From NCBI RefSeq assembly GCF_001412615.1, contig NZ_CP013011.1, forward strand, positions 630,001 to 662,000: 32,000 nt of DNA, in the 5' to 3' direction. The notes under the pieces were generated by a model. The model was not told the DNA's origin, ran no database searches, and saw only the letters and a program-made list of their open reading frames with translations. Of this stretch, positions 27,295 through 32,000 are shown in pieces (positions within the stretch are counted from its first letter, which is position 1; every line of letters starts with the position of its first letter). Source of the DNA: Pyrodictium delaneyi. Lineage in GTDB: Archaea; Thermoproteota; Thermoprotei_A; Sulfolobales; Pyrodictiaceae. Made by a program: the position numbers and the translations under genes.

Positions 27295-28539
27295 TTAGCT
27301 CTTATATGGGTTTATCGGATTTGTGTCGCTAGATATTTTGTAGCCGTCATATACTATGGAGCCGCCTACAATGGTTGCTACTACATCCATGCAGCTTTTC
27401 TCCATGAAGTATGGTATCTGCTTAGCCTTGCTCCAGCGTGGAATGTGCACCCTCCTGGTGGCAGGCCTGAACACTGTTATGTTAGCTCTGGCTCCGGGCT
27501 CGAGCACGCCGTAGCCATCCAGGCCGAGTATCTTAGCGGGTCCTCGGCTTGTGAGCCATAGGTATTCCTGGAGCTTAAGGGCCCCTGCTTCGACCAGGCA
27601 GTAGAGCATCTGAGGCCAAGCCTCGAGCCACGGTATTCCGGGCCTGCAGCTCAGCGGCTCTAGCTTCTCGCGCCACGCGTGTGGAGCGTGATCACTAGCG
27701 ATAGCGTCCACCTCGCCTTCAAGGAGCTTCTTAAGCAAATGGGTTTGCTCGGCTTTGCTGCGTAGAGGCGGGTTTACACGTAGGAGACAGTCTTCTCCAT
27801 TTTCTAGCAGTAAATGGTGAGGAGTTATGTCAACTGTGAAGCCGTAGGCACGGGCGTGCTCGAGTGTTGAAGGGCAAGATGCATGTGTAATGTGGACGCG
27901 TGCACGAGGCCTCAACGATGCTATGAGGTCGACAGCGGCTGTCTCCCAGTGGCAGCCACGGTGTAGGCTGCGTAGAGTATTTGACTCTATTATCGGCTTC
28001 TCGGCTTCTGGCAGCTCCGGATGGACGACAACAAGCACGTTATTGAGGTCAAGTATGTAGTGTACAACGTCCAGCCGGTGAGCTAGGTCATCCGGGTATA
28101 CTTTAAACCCAGCTATGGGCCTTGAGGCCAGCTTGCGTACTTCTTCAATGCTATCCGGTACGCCGGCGTATAGAGAGTAGTCTGTGACACTCTGTTCCCT
28201 TAGTGCAGCGAGCTTTGCGTCAAGGGCCTCTAAGGTAGCTAGCCTGGGCTGGGTGTTTGGCATGTCGACAACCATTGTTATGCCGCTCGATGCGGCTGCA
28301 GCAGTCCCACTATACTCGTCCTCCTTGTAGCTCTGCAGAAGCCCCCGGAGGTGTACGTGGAGGTCTATGAATCCTGGCGTGACGTAGACGCCTTGGCCGC
28401 GGTAGTCGAGTACAAGCTGGGCAGCCGGCGGACTGCCGGTGATACCGACTATAACTTCGTCCTCGGCTATGACACAGCCTTCGCCTTGTATACCTCTATA
28501 GTCGGCGAGGACTCCGCAAACCGCTATGCTAGGCTGCAT
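27295..28539 (-). CDS. pyrC: dihydroorotase
   Basis: Amidohydrolase motif DLHVHLR, later HASC and SDHAPH. In the operon with the pyr genes. ATG 28539 is preceded by GGAGG and overlaps the pyrK 3' end by 16 nt. Confidence 0.85.
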   Translation of the reverse strand: MQPSIAVCGVLADYRGIQGEGCVIAEDEVIVGITGSPPAAQLVLDYRGQGVYVTPGFIDLHVHLRGLLQSYKEDEYSGTAAAASSGITMVVDMPNTQPRLATLEALDAKLAALREQSVTDYSLYAGVPDSIEEVRKLASRPIAGFKVYPDDLAHRLDVVHYILDLNNVLVVVHPELPEAEKPIIESNTLRSLHRGCHWETAAVDLIASLRPRARVHITHASCPSTLEHARAYGFTVDITPHHLLLENGEDCLLRVNPPLRSKAEQTHLLKKLLEGEVDAIASDHAPHAWREKLEPLSCRPGIPWLEAWPQMLYCLVEAGALKLQEYLWLTSRGPAKILGLDGYGVLEPGARANITVFRPATRRVHIPRWSKAKQIPYFMEKSCMDVVATIVGGSIVYDGYKISSDTNPINPYKS

Positions 28540-29312
28540 TCCTCCTCTACCCAACAGCCTAGCATAGTACCTGGAAACACGGGGCCCTCGCGGCAGAGCA
28601 AGCTAGAGGTACATGGAAGCATACATGAGCCGCAGAACCCCATGCCGCAGCGCACAATTGTCTCGAGGCTTGCATAGAACTTGTTGAGAAGTCCCTGGCT
28701 CCCCACTAGCTTATACACGCCGCATATCATGGCGGGTGGGCCAGCGGCTACTATTATGTCGAAGTCCTCTAGCCCAGCAGCTCTGGCAACGTCCACTGCC
28801 GTTCCCCTTAACCCCTTACTCCCGTCGTCGGTGGCAACTACGAGTTCCACATCATCACCTAGATACTGTTCGATTGGCGCTAGCTCGCTCTCAGTGCGGG
28901 CGCCATAGACCAGTACTACACGTGTCCCCTCTCTAGCTGCCCAGGCAGCTAACGGGATCAGCGAGGCGACCCCAGTGCCGCCAGCTACTAGCAGCATACT
29001 ACGAGCACTGGGGGTGAAGCTGCGGCCCATCGGTCCAATGACCCCGGCGCGCCGGGGCGGGTCCTCTATGATGCTTTTCGTTGTGGAGCCCCGGAGCCTT
29101 ACAAGGAAGTCTATACGGTCTCTGGAAGCGTAGATGGGGGCTAACGGTATCGCTTCAAGACCCGGTACCCAGAACATCGCAAACTGCGTTGGCCGAAACT
29201 CTGGGAGAACGCAACCATGCGGCTCGTAGGATAGGAGTATAGCTCCTCTGCCCCGCCAGAGTACACGGCTTAGCCGAAGGCTACAGTAGCTATAGCCTAT
29301 GGGCGTCCTCAA
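28524..29312 (-). CDS. pyrK: dihydroorotate dehydrogenase electron-transfer subunit
   Basis: FNR-like FAD/NAD fold (GGTGVASL) and a C-terminal 2Fe-2S motif CGMGFCGSCMLPC. TTG start 10 nt after the pyrI stop. Confidence 0.85.
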   Translation of the reverse strand: MRTPIGYSYCSLRLSRVLWRGRGAILLSYEPHGCVLPEFRPTQFAMFWVPGLEAIPLAPIYASRDRIDFLVRLRGSTTKSIIEDPPRRAGVIGPMGRSFTPSARSMLLVAGGTGVASLIPLAAWAAREGTRVVLVYGARTESELAPIEQYLGDDVELVVATDDGSKGLRGTAVDVARAAGLEDFDIIVAAGPPAMICGVYKLVGSQGLLNKFYASLETIVRCGMGFCGSCMLPCTSSLLCREGPVFPGTMLGCWVEEECSLA

Positions 29313-29322
29313 GGCTACCGTA

Positions 29323-29817
29323 CTACCTCCTCTCCTCGCTTGCCTCTTCTAGCTGCTCTAGCACGTCCTCCTCGTCAATGATTGTGCCGCAGTATGTGCA
29401 CTGTAAGCGTAGAGGTCTCCTCGAGAGTAGCTTGAAGCGGGGCTTTAGGGGCTCTCCAGGCTTACGCGTTATACATGTAGGGTTAGTACATGTTATTATC
29501 CCCTCGATGAGTTCGGGTAGCTCGACACGTTTCTTCTCTATAACACGATAGTCCTTCACGATGTTTATTGTGGCCGAGGGGGCTATTAGTGCGATGCGGT
29601 TTACTTCCTCGCTACTAAGATGACGTCCTTCGACCTTCACTATGTCCTTGCGGCCTAGCCGGCGGCTCTCAACGTTCATCACAACGGCGACGCGTAGGCC
29701 CTCACGGCCAGTGATGCCCAAGATCCTCAGGACTGCAAGTGCGCGGCCAGCCGGTATATGGTCTATAACTGTGCCCTCTCGGATCCTGCGTACAAGTAGA
29801 CCCTCTGAGGGGGTCAC
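29323..29817 (-). CDS. pyrI: aspartate carbamoyltransferase regulatory subunit
   Basis: I.EGTVIDHIPAG plus the zinc domain CTNPTCIT...CTYCG. GTG start 6 nt after the pyrB stop. Confidence 0.9.
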   Translation of the reverse strand: MTPSEGLLVRRIREGTVIDHIPAGRALAVLRILGITGREGLRVAVVMNVESRRLGRKDIVKVEGRHLSSEEVNRIALIAPSATINIVKDYRVIEKKRVELPELIEGIITCTNPTCITRKPGEPLKPRFKLLSRRPLRLQCTYCGTIIDEEDVLEQLEEASEERR

Positions 29818-29823
29818 TGACGG

Positions 29824-30768
29824 TTACACCTCTGCACCAAGTATAAGGGATAAGAGAGCCATACGTACGGGGACGCCATTACGAGCCTGGAGGAAATAGG
29901 CAGCATAAGGAGTTGTGTCAACATTTGCAGTTATCTCGTCCACCCTAGGCAACGGATGTAGGACGCGTAGTTCAGGCTTGGCAGCCTTCTCCAGGAGTTC
30001 CCTCGTCACACGGTAGCTGCCGCGTACCTTCTCGTATTCTCTGGGGTCGGGGAACCGCTCCCGCTGTATACGCGTGACGTAGAGGACGTCGAGCTCACCT
30101 AGGACATCCTCTAGCCTCTCGACCTCTTCATAGGCTACGCCGGCCTCCTCTAATCTTGCCTTAACCTCGGGTCTTGCTCTCAGCAGAGGCGGTGATACGA
30201 GGTAGAGCTTCCGCGGCCTATACAGCGTGAGGGCGAGTATGAAGCTCGAAGCGGCGCGGCCAAAGCGAAGGTCGCCAAGCACTCCATAGACCAGCCCGTC
30301 TATTGTCCCGAAGAGTTCCTTCACTGTATAGAGGTCGAGCATAGCTTGTGTCGGGTGGTGCTGCCGCCCGTCCCCCGCGTTTATGACCGGCTTCTCGGCA
30401 ACTTCGGCGGCGTATAGTGCTGAGCCCTCGTAGCGGTGTCGTATCACTATCGCGTCAGCATAGCCGTCGAGCATACGTATAGTGTCGGCAAGATTCTCTC
30501 CCTTAGCTAGACTAGTTGCCTCCTCCCCTGCAAATCCTATCGTCTCGGCGCCAAGCCTCTTGGCGGCAGTCTCGAAGCTTAGCCGTGTCCTCGTAGATGG
30601 CTCGAAGAATGCGAGCGCGATTATCCGTCCCTCTAGCAGCCGGGGGACACGCCCCTCTGTGAGCATCTTCTTCATCTGCTCAGCTGTCTCGAAGAGCGTC
30701 TCGAGATCATCCCGGGTAAAGTCAAGGATGCTTATGACGTCGCGTCCGAGCCAGCCCTTCTGAATCAT
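29824..30768 (-). CDS. pyrB: aspartate carbamoyltransferase catalytic subunit
   Basis: [17 protein letters not shown] and HPLPRVDEI motifs. ATG 30768 ([10 protein letters not shown]) is preferred over 30795. Confidence 0.93.
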   Translation of the reverse strand: MIQKGWLGRDVISILDFTRDDLETLFETAEQMKKMLTEGRVPRLLEGRIIALAFFEPSTRTRLSFETAAKRLGAETIGFAGEEATSLAKGENLADTIRMLDGYADAIVIRHRYEGSALYAAEVAEKPVINAGDGRQHHPTQAMLDLYTVKELFGTIDGLVYGVLGDLRFGRAASSFILALTLYRPRKLYLVSPPLLRARPEVKARLEEAGVAYEEVERLEDVLGELDVLYVTRIQRERFPDPREYEKVRGSYRVTRELLEKAAKPELRVLHPLPRVDEITANVDTTPYAAYFLQARNGVPVRMALLSLILGAEV

Positions 30769-30775
30769 AGCTATC

Positions 30776-31378
30776 TCAGCCCCATTCTCCCCCATATAGC
30801 TGGTCTATAACCTTCTGGGCGTCCTCCCGGGCTACAAGTCCCTCCTCTACAGCAGCGCGGAGTATGCCGCGGAGTGTTGCTACGCGTAGAAGCTCCACGC
30901 CCATAGCTTGTAGCCGCTCGCGTGCGCCTTGCTCCCGGTCCACTATGACTAGCGCGTAGCGCGGCTGTGCTCCGGCACTGCGTAGAGCCTCTACCGCAGC
31001 TGCTAGGCTGCCTCCAGTGGTAGCTACATCGTCAACTACAAGCACTCTCTTTTCCTCGACCAATCCCTCTACCTGTCTACCAAGGCCGTGCTGCTTCCTT
31101 CCACTCCGCACATAGGCCATTGGCTTCCCCGAGTAGAGAGCTAGCCCCGTGGCCCACACTATGCCGGCAGTGGCGACGCCGACAACGACATCGTGGTCGG
31201 CTTCTAGGGATGTAGTGTAAAGGAGTGCTAGCACTGTACGGAACGCGTCCGGGTAACTTGGCAGCCTCCGAAGGTCAATGTATATGGGGCTCTGGAGCCC
31301 GCTTGTAAGCTTGAACTCGCCTAGCTGCAGAGCCCCCGTCTTGACGAGCAATCGGGCTAGAACCTTCTCGGCCTCCAT
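30776..31378 (-). CDS. pyrE: orotate phosphoribosyltransferase
   Basis: PRPP-binding motif [13 protein letters not shown], and [19 protein letters not shown] 31378 (MEAEKV) lies 4 nt after the pyrF stop. Confidence 0.9.
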   Translation of the reverse strand: MEAEKVLARLLVKTGALQLGEFKLTSGLQSPIYIDLRRLPSYPDAFRTVLALLYTTSLEADHDVVVGVATAGIVWATGLALYSGKPMAYVRSGRKQHGLGRQVEGLVEEKRVLVVDDVATTGGSLAAAVEALRSAGAQPRYALVIVDREQGARERLQAMGVELLRVATLRGILRAAVEEGLVAREDAQKVIDQLYGGEWG

Positions 31379-31382
31379 GCCC

Positions 31383-32000
31383 CTAGGCACCCCTCTTGCA
31401 GGCCTGGAGTCTCTGCTTCTGTGCATCCTTGACAGCCAGTGCAGCTGCGCGAGGGTCGTTACTCGAGGTTATGAGGCGCCCTACTATCTCGTAGTCAGCC
31501 CCGGCGCAGATGGCAGCTCCAGGCTCTGCTCCCTGGGCTCCCACGCCCGGCGAGAGTATAGTGACGCTGTCTCCAAGCCTCTCGCGTATACTCGTTATGA
31601 CCTGGGGTCTCGTGGCTGGGGCTACGATGCCCCAGGGCTCGAGCTCTCCAATCACGTTGAGGATTAGTGGTAGCGCTTTGTCGTAGACCTCGCGTGCACC
31701 GGGGTGACTCATAGAGGCCACAACGACTAGCTTCTTGCCGAGACTGTTGAGGAACTCTTTTAGCTCGCCGAGCGCGCCTTGTATACCTACAAACCCGTGA
31801 GCTATGACAGCGTCGACGTGCTCTACTACCAGGCTTGTAGTAAGCTTCATCACGTGGCCTATGTCGGCCAGCTTTAGATCAGCTATCCATAAACCTCTGT
31901 TGCACCGACTCCTCAGCCTAGCAGCATAATCTACGCCACGGCCCATAAGGAGCGGGAGGCCAAGTTTAAACCCGTCAACAATGTCACAGAGATCTTCGAC
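31383..32000 (-). CDS. pyrF: orotidine 5'-phosphate decarboxylase, 5'-partial at window edge
   Basis: [10 protein letters not shown] motif. The frame stays open to nt 32000 (..[15 protein letters not shown]..), so the true start lies beyond the window. Confidence 0.85.
   Translation of the reverse strand, partial: VEDLCDIVDGFKLGLPLLMGRGVDYAARLRSRCNRGLWIADLKLADIGHVMKLTTSLVVEHVDAVIAHGFVGIQGALGELKEFLNSLGKKLVVVASMSHPGAREVYDKALPLILNVIGELEPWGIVAPATRPQVITSIRERLGDSVTILSPGVGAQGAEPGAAICAGADYEIVGRLITSSNDPRAAALAVKDAQKQRLQACKRGA

Noticed and set aside
1-32000. Looked for CRISPR arrays, tRNA or rRNA genes, transposases or integrases, and toxin-antitoxin pairs.
   Set aside because: I found no regularly spaced direct repeats, no cloverleaf-compatible GC-rich 70-90 nt blocks in the spacers, and no DDE, tyrosine or serine recombinase motifs. 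This was a manual scan only, so tRNAscan and Infernal should confirm.

Overview
This window looks like archaeal chromosomal DNA, probably from a hyperthermophilic crenarchaeon: it carries ribosomal protein L13e, SRP19, DUF211, an Lrp/AsnC regulator and compact overlapping operons. I support about 31 protein genes. I found no rRNA, tRNA, CRISPR array or transposase. Recognisable blocks are: family-4 UDG and uridine phosphorylase (divergent pair); an MFS transporter; an overlapping ThiS-like/TtuA-like tRNA thiolation pair; an AEC permease; a CUT2/BMP-type ABC importer (dual-NBD ATPase plus two permeases); L13e; Lrp; DUF211; a Trbp111-like tRNA-binding protein; a saccharopine-dehydrogenase-like enzyme; a lone [NiFe]-hydrogenase large subunit with a NikR-like regulator; a MacB-type ABC pair bracketing a 1318-aa multi-domain surface glycoprotein; SRP19; a KaiC-like ATPase; and a tight pyrF-E-B-I-K-C operon. 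The points most worth a second look are (1) the orphan hydrogenase large subunit in a low-GC segment with long non-coding flanks, (2) a ~390-nt GC-rich, helix-dense, non-coding spacer inside the ABC importer operon, (3) a 458-aa uncharacterised protein with a nuclease-like C-terminus, and (4) a low-GC KaiC-like islet. None of these is demonstrably a new system from sequence alone. All family calls rest on motif recognition by eye, not on database searches.
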